This document shows positions 19,387 through 28,356 of a stretch of 64,000 nt of DNA, piece after piece. The stretch spans positions 4,395 through 68,394 of the forward strand of contig JAKSBZ010000165.1 in NCBI GenBank assembly GCA_022360875.1, read 5' to 3'. The notes under the pieces are model-generated. The model ran no database searches. It saw only the letters and a list, made by a program, of their open reading frames with translations, and was not told where the DNA came from. Origin of the DNA: Cytophagales bacterium (lineage in GTDB: Bacteria > Bacteroidota > Bacteroidia > Cytophagales > Cyclobacteriaceae). The position numbers were made by a program, and so were the translations under genes. Positions within the stretch are counted from its first letter, which is position 1; every line of letters starts with the position of its first letter.

Positions 19387-21084
19387 ATGGAATTTGGAGT
19401 AGTTGACATCCTGACTATGGTCGGGGCGCTGGGCTTTTTCATTTACGGAATGAAAGTCATGAGCGAAGGTATTCAGAGTGTGGCGGGAGACCGCATGCGA
19501 AACATTCTGGGAGTGATGACTTCCAACCGTTTTTCGGGTTTGCTTAGCGGTATACTGATCACCGCGCTGGTTCAGTCCTCATCGGCTACCACAGTGATGG
19601 TTGTAAGCTTCGTGAACGCCGGCTTGCTCAATCTGGGGCAGTCAATCGGCATAATCATGGGTGCCAACATCGGAACGACAGTTACCAGCTGGCTCATCTC
19701 GCTGCTGGGACTGGGCAAGTTCAAAATCTCATCCGTTGCCTTGCCGATCATTGCCATCGGCTTTCCGTTGATGTTTTCCAAGAATCCCAAGCACAAGAAC
19801 TGGGCGGAGGTAATCATCGGTTTTGCCCTGCTGTTCATCGGGCTGACGTACCTGAAAGACGCCATGCCTGACCTGCAGAAATCGCCTGAGGCCCTGGCAT
19901 TCATCAAAGACATCAACAACCTGGGATTTTTAGCAGTGCCGGTTTCAGTGCTTATCGGTACGCTGCTAACCATCGTAGTACAGTCTTCAAGCGCGGCAAT
20001 GGCTATTACGCTGATTATGGTTGACCACGGATGGATTCCGCTTGACATGGCCTGTGCCATTGTACTGGGAGAAAACATCGGAACTACGATCACCGCCAAC
20101 TTGGCCGCCATGATCGGTAACGTGCACGCCAAGCGCGCCGCACGCGCTCACCTGGTATTCAATATATTTGGCGTCGTATGGATGATTCTTTTGTTCCCGT
20201 TTTTTGTCGATACGGTAAAAAGCATTATGAGCGGCAGCTTCGGTTCCTACTTGGTCGATAAAATTCAGGGAGACAATAGTTTCAACACCATTTCGCTTTC
20301 GCTTTTCCACACGCTGTTTAATGTTTGCAATGTTGCCTTCCTTATCGGATTCGTAAACACAATCCGGAAAGTAGTGATCAGAATGGTGCCTGCGAGAAGC
20401 GCCGAAGATGAAGAGCTCCACCTGGAATACATGGGAGAGGGAATTGCCTCATCGATTCAGGAAGCCCGAGAGGAAGTAAAGCGGTTTGGAGCGCTCACTG
20501 CCGAAATCAGCGAATTTGTTCAGAAAATGATACATGCCAAGAAAGACAAAGACCGTGTTTCGCAGTTCGAAAAAATCAAAAAATACGAACAGCGCACCGA
20601 CGAGCTTAAAGCCGAAGTAGCCTCTTATCTTTCAAAAATTGCCGAGTCAAGCGTAATTCAGGGCGATGCCATGGGCGTTCAGGAACTTATGAGCATAATC
20701 GACGACTTGGAGCGGACCGCCGATATTTACCTCAGAATCGGAAAGGCTGTCAACAAGCGTATTTCCAAAAACATAAACTTCACTGATAAGCAGTTCGAAA
20801 ATCTGGATAAAATGAGCGGACTCGTCGACAGCGCCTTCAAAATCATGAACGGAAACCTAACACAGGTTTCTAAAGAAGAAATTGACCAGAAGGGAGCCTT
20901 TGAAATGGAGCTGGAAATTGACCAGCTGCGAAAAACGCTGCGAAAAGAAAATATCAAAGCCATTGAAAACAATCTGTACTCTATCAAAAGCGGAATGCTG
21001 TACTACGATATGATTTTCTCTTTCGAACTGATCGGAAACCATATTTACAATGTCACCAAAGATATCGCGGATTTCGACGCATAA
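19387..21084 (+). CDS. Na/Pi cotransporter family protein with C-terminal PhoU-like domain
   Basis: 565 aa. QSSSATTVMV and VQSSSAAMAI repeats, and a C-terminal ~200-aa helical PhoU-like region. Confidence 0.85.
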   Translation: MEFGVVDILTMVGALGFFIYGMKVMSEGIQSVAGDRMRNILGVMTSNRFSGLLSGILITALVQSSSATTVMVVSFVNAGLLNLGQSIGIIMGANIGTTVTSWLISLLGLGKFKISSVALPIIAIGFPLMFSKNPKHKNWAEVIIGFALLFIGLTYLKDAMPDLQKSPEALAFIKDINNLGFLAVPVSVLIGTLLTIVVQSSSAAMAITLIMVDHGWIPLDMACAIVLGENIGTTITANLAAMIGNVHAKRAARAHLVFNIFGVVWMILLFPFFVDTVKSIMSGSFGSYLVDKIQGDNSFNTISLSLFHTLFNVCNVAFLIGFVNTIRKVVIRMVPARSAEDEELHLEYMGEGIASSIQEAREEVKRFGALTAEISEFVQKMIHAKKDKDRVSQFEKIKKYEQRTDELKAEVASYLSKIAESSVIQGDAMGVQELMSIIDDLERTADIYLRIGKAVNKRISKNINFTDKQFENLDKMSGLVDSAFKIMNGNLTQVSKEEIDQKGAFEMELEIDQLRKTLRKENIKAIENNLYSIKSGMLYYDMIFSFELIGNHIYNVTKDIADFDA

Positions 21085-21118
21085 GTAAAATAGAGAACAA
21101 TATAAGCATTAGACAGAA

Positions 21119-21142
21119 AGCGGAGTTTCCTCCGCTTTTTTT
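21119..21142 (+). terminator. Intrinsic terminator
   Basis: AGCGGAG-tttc-CTCCGCT followed by a T7 run, 35 nt after the stop at 21084. Confidence 0.8.
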
Positions 21143-21356
21143 ATTTATTCCCAAAAGCGATGCGCTTACTTCTTTGGCATTACTAATCGCTATATAGCCG
21201 ATAGAGCAGCAAAACTCCAAATGCAGAGTAAAAAGCGTGTTTTTAATCGCTTATTTTTAAATTTTTACTCATTTAAGCCAAAAAACCTTATATTCACGTT
21301 CTTATTATTTCCGTGGAAAGAAAAAATGGATTAATCGCTTTAATAATTTATACAAA

Positions 21357-23462
21357 ATGGCATTGATAGGTAAAATTAGGGAGAAATCAGGCTTGACAAT
21401 AACGCTTATTGTCGTTGCTCTGGCTGCCTTCTTAGTAGGTGGTGACTTACTTAGCGGGAACTCAAAGTTATTTGGGGGCAAAAGAAACGTTGTAGGAGAG
21501 ATAGCAGGAGAAGACGTCTCGATAGAGCAATACCAAAGAGAACTCGACAACCTAAAAAGACAGTTTGCGCTGCGAAACAACCGCAACCCGAACGACAACG
21601 AACTGAACAGCCTGCGCAACCAGGCATGGCAACTGCTTTTGAGCAATATTGTCTACGGCGAACAATATAAAGAGCTGGGAATTAAAGTGACCAATGCCGA
21701 GCTGATTGACATGACCAAAGGAAACAACATTCAGCAAGATCTCAAAAATGCATTCCGCAACCCTGAAACCGGCGAGTTCGACAAGCAGGCCCTAATTAGC
21801 TACCTGAAGAATATCAAAAATTACCCGCCTCAGATGCAAGTGCAGTGGCTTGAGTATGAAAGAGGTTTAACGCCGGCACGCCTTCGCCTGAAGTACGAGC
21901 GAATGATTATGAATTCTGAACATGTGACTGAACTGGAAGCGAAAAAAGCACATGAAGAAAAAACCGGAACAGTAGACATCAACTATATCTATGTTCCGTA
22001 CTCATCCATTGCAGATTCGCTGATTGAAGTTTCTAACTCAGAATTGGAAAATTACCTTGGAGAACACAAAGACGAGTACCAAGTAAAAGCGAGCAAAAAC
22101 ATCTCATACGTAGACTTCGCGGTAGTTCCATCCGCAAAAGACAGCGCCAGATTCAACGAAGACATGGCGAGTTTGAAGGATGAATTCGCACATGCCAGCG
22201 AAGACTCAATCTTCGCAGCAGCCAACACCGAAGGAAAAGGTGCTCCTTACGGCACATACAACGCAAAAGAACTGCCTCAGCGTCTGCAGGCTTTCGTTCC
22301 GGTGCTGAAAAAAGGACAGGTGAGAGGCCCTTACAAAGTAGGCGAAAACTATGTGCTATACAAAGTTTCCGACATTCAGAAAGGTGACGCTCCGGCTGCC
22401 CGCGCAAGCCACATTCTTTTCAAAACCCACGGCGACGACGATGCGGCAGTAAAAAAAGAAGCGCAGCGTGTGCTGAACAAAATCCGCAGAGGAGCCAACT
22501 TTGCAGCCATGGCTCAGCAGTACGGACAAGACGGCACCAAAACCCGAGGCGGAGACCTGGGATGGTTCGGCAAAGGACAAATGGTGGCGCCTTTCGAAAA
22601 AGCTATTTTCGGAGCCAAGAAGCCAGGATTGCTGCATCGTTTGGTGAAAACGCAGTTCGGTTACCACATCATCGATGTTACGCAAGTTGCCAACTACAAC
22701 AAATACACTATCGCGTCTGTCGAGTCTGAATTGTATGCCGGCGACGAAACTGTTGACGCGGCCTTCAGAAAAGCTGACACCTTTGCCAGCAGCGTTTCAG
22801 ATCTGGAAAGCCTGCAGGAAAAAGCCAAAGAAGACGGACTTCGCGTACAGCAAGCCCGCGACGTGCAAGCAAACGACCGTCGCCTGGGAGTTGTCAGCAA
22901 CGCACGCCAGGTTATAGCCTGGGCGTTCAGAGAAGGCGAACTAAACAAAGTGTCTAAAGCCTTTGAGCTGGGTGACCATTACGTTGTAGCTGTAGTAACC
23001 AGCGAAACAGAAGAAGGCACCAACACGCTGGCAAACGTAAAATTTACTGTTGAGCAGAAAGTGAAGAATGCCAAAAAAGCGAAACAAATTATCAAAAAGC
23101 TCAACGAATCGAAAAACGAAGACATCTTCGAATGGGGCATAAACTATGGAAGCGCTGCGCAAACGCACACGCAAAATGCTCTGAGCTTGTCACAAAACTC
23201 GCTGCAGCCGATTGGATTCGCTCCTGAGGCAGTGGGAACAGCTTTCGGAACAGCCAAAGGCAAAACCTCCGCTCCTATCGAAACTGACCGTGGAGTAGTA
23301 ATCGTTCAGGTAATCAAAGCGACACCTGCCGCTCCGCTTGAAAAAGTAGACGAAGAAAAGAAAAAAATGGAACAGCAAAAAGCGAGAATCACCGCATACA
23401 AAATTGCAAATGCGTTGGAAGAAGCAGCTGAGCCAAAAGACGAAAGATATAAGCACTTCTAA
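21357..23462 (+). CDS. Periplasmic peptidyl-prolyl isomerase/chaperone (PpiD/SurA-like, parvulin domain)
   Basis: 701 aa. N-terminal membrane anchor and a parvulin block ASHILF...GGDLGWFGKGQMVAPFEKAIF...TQFGYHIID. Confidence 0.8.
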   Translation: MALIGKIREKSGLTITLIVVALAAFLVGGDLLSGNSKLFGGKRNVVGEIAGEDVSIEQYQRELDNLKRQFALRNNRNPNDNELNSLRNQAWQLLLSNIVYGEQYKELGIKVTNAELIDMTKGNNIQQDLKNAFRNPETGEFDKQALISYLKNIKNYPPQMQVQWLEYERGLTPARLRLKYERMIMNSEHVTELEAKKAHEEKTGTVDINYIYVPYSSIADSLIEVSNSELENYLGEHKDEYQVKASKNISYVDFAVVPSAKDSARFNEDMASLKDEFAHASEDSIFAAANTEGKGAPYGTYNAKELPQRLQAFVPVLKKGQVRGPYKVGENYVLYKVSDIQKGDAPAARASHILFKTHGDDDAAVKKEAQRVLNKIRRGANFAAMAQQYGQDGTKTRGGDLGWFGKGQMVAPFEKAIFGAKKPGLLHRLVKTQFGYHIIDVTQVANYNKYTIASVESELYAGDETVDAAFRKADTFASSVSDLESLQEKAKEDGLRVQQARDVQANDRRLGVVSNARQVIAWAFREGELNKVSKAFELGDHYVVAVVTSETEEGTNTLANVKFTVEQKVKNAKKAKQIIKKLNESKNEDIFEWGINYGSAAQTHTQNALSLSQNSLQPIGFAPEAVGTAFGTAKGKTSAPIETDRGVVIVQVIKATPAAPLEKVDEEKKKMEQQKARITAYKIANALEEAAEPKDERYKHF

Positions 23463-23486
23463 TTGGTGCGCAATCTCTTAGAAAAA

Positions 23487-23516
23487 CTGCCGAAACCGCT
23501 TCGGCAGTTTTTTTTT
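23487..23516 (+). terminator. Intrinsic terminator
   Basis: CTGCCGAA-accgc-TTCGGCAG followed by T9. It is also preceded by A5. Confidence 0.85.
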
Positions 23517-23695
23517 ATTTTTTTTCTAACTTGCAGACACGCGCTTTTCACCGAAAAACGTTAAGTTGAAAAAGATTTCCCTGTGAATGTCTCCCTGCGT
23601 TATGTCTTGCTTTGCAAAAGAGCATCGCTTACCACAAGCTCTTAGCAACACCCGAGACAATCAACTAATAGTTTGGACATAGTCTTTATTTTTTC

Positions 23696-24475
23696 ATGAA
23701 TTCAAAACTAACGCTCCTTAGTTGCTTTTTGCTTGTCTTTTTTGCGGCCTGCAGCCCCAGAAAAGAAATCTACCGCGCTCCCCAAAAAGCCAGTATCCCG
23801 GAAAAAAAAAAAAAAAAACTGAGTTACAGCCAAAAAGTCCGCGCCTACGTAAACCAGCACGGCGAAACTGCAATGCAAGAGATGCGCCTCCACAAAATTC
23901 CGGCAAGCATTACCCTGGCGCAGGGTATTCTGGAATCGGCCAGCGGACAAAGCGAACTCGCCCGGCGTTCCAACAACCACTTCGGCATAAAATGCCACTC
24001 GGAATGGAAAGGCAAACGCGTATATCACCACGACGACCGGCGCAACGAATGTTTCCGAAAATACAAGCACCCGCGCGAGTCATTCAGAGATCACTCACTC
24101 TTTTTGAAGAAAAAACGCTATGCTTTTCTCTTCCGCTATTCCATAACAGATTATAAGGCCTGGGCAAAAGGCCTAAGGAAAGCCGGATATGCAACCGACC
24201 GCCGCTATTCCCAAAAGCTCATTGACCTAATCGAGCGCTTTGAACTTCACCGCTACGACCGCCGGGCAGCAGGCAAAAGGCGAAAAGCCACAAAAAAGTC
24301 CAAAAGGAAAACAGTTGCTAAAGCTCCTTCTACAGCAAAAGTCCACATCATCAAGAAAGGAGACACGCTTTACTCACTGGCACGCCGCTACAACACTTCC
24401 GTCGAAAAGCTTAAACGGCTGAACAACTTGCATTCAAACAACATAAGCATAGGCCAGCGCCTCAAGGTTAACTAA
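23696..24475 (+). CDS. Lipoprotein peptidoglycan hydrolase: glucosaminidase (GH73) domain + C-terminal LysM
   Basis: 259 aa. Lipobox-like FFAAC, a GH73 block ASITLAQGILESASGQSELARRSNNHFGIKC, and LysM HIIKKGDTLYSLARRYNTSVEKLKRLNNL. Confidence 0.8.
   Translation: MNSKLTLLSCFLLVFFAACSPRKEIYRAPQKASIPEKKKKKLSYSQKVRAYVNQHGETAMQEMRLHKIPASITLAQGILESASGQSELARRSNNHFGIKCHSEWKGKRVYHHDDRRNECFRKYKHPRESFRDHSLFLKKKRYAFLFRYSITDYKAWAKGLRKAGYATDRRYSQKLIDLIERFELHRYDRRAAGKRRKATKKSKRKTVAKAPSTAKVHIIKKGDTLYSLARRYNTSVEKLKRLNNLHSNNISIGQRLKVN
23802..23818 (+). repeat. 17-nt poly(A) homopolymer inside the CDS (encodes EKKKKK)
   Basis: Counted directly: ccg-gAA-AAA-AAA-AAA-AAA-AAA-ctg at 23802-23818. Confidence 0.95.
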
Positions 24476-24514
24476 CCCGCCTGCTTTTTTAACCTTTCAA
24501 CCTTCAGAATCATC

Positions 24515-25729
24515 ATGCTGCGCAATTATGTACGGTTGGTCCGAAAACATCCCAAACCTGTTGGTTTCGGGATCATGCACTATTTCTTTTCCTCCTACGG
24601 CCAGTCCTTCTTTCTCAGCCTTTTTGTCCCTTCCATTCTGGAAAGCTTCCGAATCAACAACAACGAGTTCTCGGTCATCTATTCTGCCGCTACGCTGACA
24701 AGCGCCCTCCTGCTTAGCTACCTGGGCCCAAGCACCGACCGCTGCGACATCCGGAAAGTCAGCCTGGCTAACGGAGCCATGCTGGGATTTTTCTGCCTGA
24801 GCATGTACTTCACCGCAAATCTGCCCTTGCTGCTTTTCACCCTGATTGGTCTGCGCCTATCGGGCTTCGGCATGATGCCGCTCACAGGAGCCGCTGCCGT
24901 TGGGAAATTCTTTCATAAAAACCGCGGAAAAGCGCTGGCGCTCTCTTCCATCGGCATGTCCATCGCGGAAATGGGAGCTCCCGTACTGATCGTTTTGCTC
25001 TTGCACAGCTGGGGATGGCAGATCCCTTGGCTCTTTTTTCTGATAAGTTTAACAGTGATTTTCGGTCCGCTTTCGGCTTGGCTTGGCCGTTCGCTTCGCG
25101 CATCCAAATCGGCTCGCCGAAGCGACAAATATCCCATCGAACCGCTCAAGCGGCGCAAATTGCTGAAAAATCCGGGGTTTCTGCTGCTTGCTTCTGTGGT
25201 TGTTTTCTCCCCCTTCATGACCACAGGCTTTTTTATTCATCAAAACCTGATACTCGGCAATAAACTATGGACTCCGGAATGGCTGGCCAGCTGCTTTGTT
25301 GGGTTTGGCGCCTGCCGCATATTAGCCACACTGCTTTCCGGACCGTTTATCGACAAATTCACAGCTAAAAGAGTTGCCTTTCTGATTCCGCTTCCTATCA
25401 CCGCCGGACTATTGTTGCTCACTTTCACGGACCATGCCCTGACGCTGCTGTTTTACCTGTCGATGAACGGGCTGAGCTTAAGCTTCGGCAGCTTGACGGG
25501 TACGGCGCTTTGGGCTGAACTGTACGGCTCCCGCAGCTTAGGCACAGTAAAAAGCCTGGTTTCTACACTAATGGCTGTCGGCACGGCCATCTCTCCTCTC
25601 ATTTTCGGAGAAATTTTCCAGGACAAAGCAACAATGGAATACGGATTTCTAACAATGGCCCTGCTTGGAATACTGCTATCTGGCGTAATTTATTATTATC
25701 TAAACTTCCGTTATCGAAAAATGAATTAA
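24515..25729 (+). CDS. MFS transporter
   Basis: 404 aa, about 12 hydrophobic segments in a 6+6 arrangement with a basic central loop (RSLRASKSARRSDK). Confidence 0.65.
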   Translation: MLRNYVRLVRKHPKPVGFGIMHYFFSSYGQSFFLSLFVPSILESFRINNNEFSVIYSAATLTSALLLSYLGPSTDRCDIRKVSLANGAMLGFFCLSMYFTANLPLLLFTLIGLRLSGFGMMPLTGAAAVGKFFHKNRGKALALSSIGMSIAEMGAPVLIVLLLHSWGWQIPWLFFLISLTVIFGPLSAWLGRSLRASKSARRSDKYPIEPLKRRKLLKNPGFLLLASVVVFSPFMTTGFFIHQNLILGNKLWTPEWLASCFVGFGACRILATLLSGPFIDKFTAKRVAFLIPLPITAGLLLLTFTDHALTLLFYLSMNGLSLSFGSLTGTALWAELYGSRSLGTVKSLVSTLMAVGTAISPLIFGEIFQDKATMEYGFLTMALLGILLSGVIYYYLNFRYRKMN

Positions 25730-25916
25730 TAAACAGATCTTCAGGCTTTCAACTCATTTAATTGAGTTGCGCCAAGCGCTTTGTTTGTAATTTTGTTTTG
25801 TTTTTAATAAATTAAAAATCACAATCCAAAGCGGAAAGCAACACCTTTTTTTAATTAGTTTTTTAGCCGTTTTTCTCTTTTGGACGAATTTTTTTCATCT
25901 CAAAAGCACTGCTTAC

Positions 25917-26912
25917 ATGAAGCAATTTGTACTGGGGCTGCTTTCATTTTTTTGCGCCGCCTCAAGCTATTCTCAGAGCCTGTCATATCTGGAAGTATGG
26001 GGACTCCCCGAAGGGTGCAGCAAAAATGACCTGGTTCGAAAGCTGAAAAACACACCGTACGGTGTAAGCCAGAGAGGACTTAACGCGCTGGGTTATGCTA
26101 ATGCCTACAATTTTCTGACACCCGACGGACAACTGATTATACTTCGGGACTTTCCGGCCTACGAATTCATTCCAAAAATTCAAAAAGAAGACATTGAAGT
26201 CCATGAAATCTGGCAGGAAGTACTTCAATCGGACCTGGAAGGCTTGGAAGGCATGTCGGGTCCTGCGTTTTACGAAGTATACAAAGAAGAAGGAATTGAA
26301 GGACTGACTGAAGCCATACAAGGCGCCAACAATAACTACAACCGGTTTCGGCTGAAGCTTGACGAAGAAAGAACTGTTGGGCTTTGTGCGATGTACGATT
26401 TTGTTAGCCAATCGGTCAGCCAGAATGAAGTGCTTAAAATCCTGCGCCACGCTGCAGATCCGAAAATTAGAAAAGCCGCGGCCTCCGTATCTTTCCTGTA
26501 CATCCAATCACAAAGCGACGTGCTCAAATTTATGCCCTTTTTGTATTCGGACCAGTCCGCAACAATCGAAAACCAGCTCATGAGTTACTACCGGCGGCAT
26601 CCCTCTTCGGTTGACTGGGGAAAAAATATCGATTTTTACTGCAAAGTGCTGAACCATCCCAATCCGTTTTTGGTAACCCGCCTGCTGGCAGTCATGGAAC
26701 AAACCAACTTCCGAAGCGAATGGCTGGACAAAATACTCGACAAAGGCGCCGTAACCATACTGGAAATTCTTAAATCGGAAAATGCGCTGGAGCTGCAGGA
26801 TAAAGTGATGCTTTTCCTCAACAAGCACTGCGCTCAGTCCTCCTACGGATTCGACAAAAGACAATGGATTGAGCACATCGAGCAACGCCATCAACTCCAG
26901 GCGAGGAGTTAA
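25917..26912 (+). CDS. Hypothetical secreted protein
   Basis: 331 aa with an N-terminal signal peptide (LLSFFCAASSYSQ). The rest is helical-looking and no motif was recognised. Confidence 0.5.
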   Translation: MKQFVLGLLSFFCAASSYSQSLSYLEVWGLPEGCSKNDLVRKLKNTPYGVSQRGLNALGYANAYNFLTPDGQLIILRDFPAYEFIPKIQKEDIEVHEIWQEVLQSDLEGLEGMSGPAFYEVYKEEGIEGLTEAIQGANNNYNRFRLKLDEERTVGLCAMYDFVSQSVSQNEVLKILRHAADPKIRKAAASVSFLYIQSQSDVLKFMPFLYSDQSATIENQLMSYYRRHPSSVDWGKNIDFYCKVLNHPNPFLVTRLLAVMEQTNFRSEWLDKILDKGAVTILEILKSENALELQDKVMLFLNKHCAQSSYGFDKRQWIEHIEQRHQLQARS

Positions 26913-26971
26913 CGAACTTCAAGGACTTTGTCGCGCAAAGCGTCAGAGATGCAACCAATTGCCAAATGGAG

Positions 26972-27005
26972 GAACCACAGCTCAGGCTGTGGTTCACTTT
27001 TTTTA
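26972..27005 (+). terminator. Intrinsic terminator between convergent genes
   Basis: 10-bp stem GAACCACAGC-tcag-GCTGTGGTTC followed by ACTTTTTTT. The T run overlaps the stop of the convergent arginase-family gene. Confidence 0.75.
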
Positions 27006-27989
27006 CGGCAAACCTGCCTCGCTTTCTTTTTTTTCAATCTCCGCGGCAACTTCTTCCAAAATCCCAAAAGCCACTTCAGCCATCCGGTTTCGGTTATCAA
27101 GCGTAGGATTCACCTCCACCATTTCCCAAAGAATTACTTTCTGGCTGGCAGCCAGCGCACAGTTGATGTCCTTCGCTTCTTCCACAGTCAAACCGTTGGG
27201 AACCGGCGTTCCTGTCCCCATCGAAATCTCAGAATCCATGCTGTCCACATCGAACGACACATAAATAATATCGCAGTCGGCCAAGTGTGCAATCGCCTGC
27301 TCAGCGGTACTGCGGGCGCCCAGCCTGCGAACTTCCTCAACACTAAAATTTCGAATGCCATGTTTTTCTATAAGCACATCCTCAGGTTGTTCGGTGTCGC
27401 GCAGAGCAATAAAAACCAAATCCTTCAAATCGATTTTCGCCCCTTTTGTGCCAATATTCTTTATCTCTTCCCACAGCGCAGCGGTATTCTTGTCCGGAGT
27501 AGGCAGCTGCTCACTCGGATTTTCACGGTTATCGATTCCTGCGGCCATTGCCAGCGGCATGCCGTGCATGTTTCCGGTCGGTGTGGTATACGGCGTATGC
27601 AAATCGCCGTGGGCGTCGATCCATATTACCCCGAGACGCTTTTCCGGAAAAGCCTTTTTTATGCCGCAAATACTTCCTGCAGCAGTAGAATGATCGCCTG
27701 CCAGCACTGCCGCCCGGCGTCCGTTCAGCAGATTGTCCGCCACTGCATCGCAAACTCTGCCCAGCACCCGAGCCACGCCGTCAATGCGCAAACCGTTGCG
27801 GAAAGGCGTATCCTGGGCCAGCAAATGGTTCTCGTCGGTTACCCGCTGCACTTCGTGCTCACCGAAAAAACGCGAACCTCGGTTGTAGCTGGCCGTTTGC
27901 AAAGCGCCAAAGCCCAGCGAAGCTCCGCGCGTCCCAGCAGCTATCTCTGAATTGATGTTAATAAATTTAAGTGTATGATTCTTTTTCAT
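27003..27989 (-). CDS. Arginase-family (ureohydrolase) enzyme: arginase / formimidoylglutamase / agmatinase-like
   Basis: 328 aa. Ureohydrolase metal-binding motifs LAGDHS, IWIDAHGDLHTP and VSFDVDSMD. Substrate specificity is not resolvable by eye. Confidence 0.75.
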   Translation of the reverse strand: MKKNHTLKFININSEIAAGTRGASLGFGALQTASYNRGSRFFGEHEVQRVTDENHLLAQDTPFRNGLRIDGVARVLGRVCDAVADNLLNGRRAAVLAGDHSTAAGSICGIKKAFPEKRLGVIWIDAHGDLHTPYTTPTGNMHGMPLAMAAGIDNRENPSEQLPTPDKNTAALWEEIKNIGTKGAKIDLKDLVFIALRDTEQPEDVLIEKHGIRNFSVEEVRRLGARSTAEQAIAHLADCDIIYVSFDVDSMDSEISMGTGTPVPNGLTVEEAKDINCALAASQKVILWEMVEVNPTLDNRNRMAEVAFGILEEVAAEIEKKESEAGLP

Positions 27990-28356
27990 TCGTTAGGTGT
28001 GTTTATGTGGTAATCAGATAAAACAGGGCAAGCTCCCTGTGCCCGGGAGGGCACAGCTGCGTCATTAGAAAAAATTACGTCAACAAGTCAAGTCTGCTCA
28101 GGAGAAGGCCAGCAGGTGTGAGGGTTTGAATGTATCGTGCAGCATCTCTTCAGGAAGCATAGCGCCTAGCTGATATTTAATGGGCCAAGATAGGCAATGC
28201 GAACAGCTAATGCAAGGCAGCATGATGTGATTAGCAGGAAAATACAAAATGCGCCACGAGTACAATAATTCTGGATTTTATCGCAATAAATAACTATATT
28301 AACATTTTTGCATAAAATTATATTTACAATAATATTTTTTATATTTTTAATAAATC

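Noticed and set aside
26928-27950. Long antisense ORFs: 340 aa opposite the arginase-family gene, and similar ones at 4916-5818, 8448-9128, 18302-19060, 31222-31908, 37147-38091, 41870-42622, 43911-44675, 52841-53569, 55332-56093 and 60165-60980.
   Set aside because: Each lies entirely inside a well-supported gene on the other strand. Each has low-complexity, Arg/Ser/Cys-rich or otherwise non-protein-like composition and no recognisable motif. They are typical shadow ORFs.
28020-28260. Possible known RNA in the arginase / giant-gene spacer: SRP (4.5S) RNA, or a guanidine-I (ykkC) riboswitch because of CCCGGGAG and the arginase-family neighbour.
   Set aside because: The SRP domain IV consensus (GGUCC-GGAA-GGAAGCAGC) is not reproduced. 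For ykkC, the CCCGGGAG string is on the wrong strand relative to the arginase gene, and the other conserved blocks (CUAGGGUUCCG, GGUCCGAGAG) are absent. I kept it only as an unclassified structured region.
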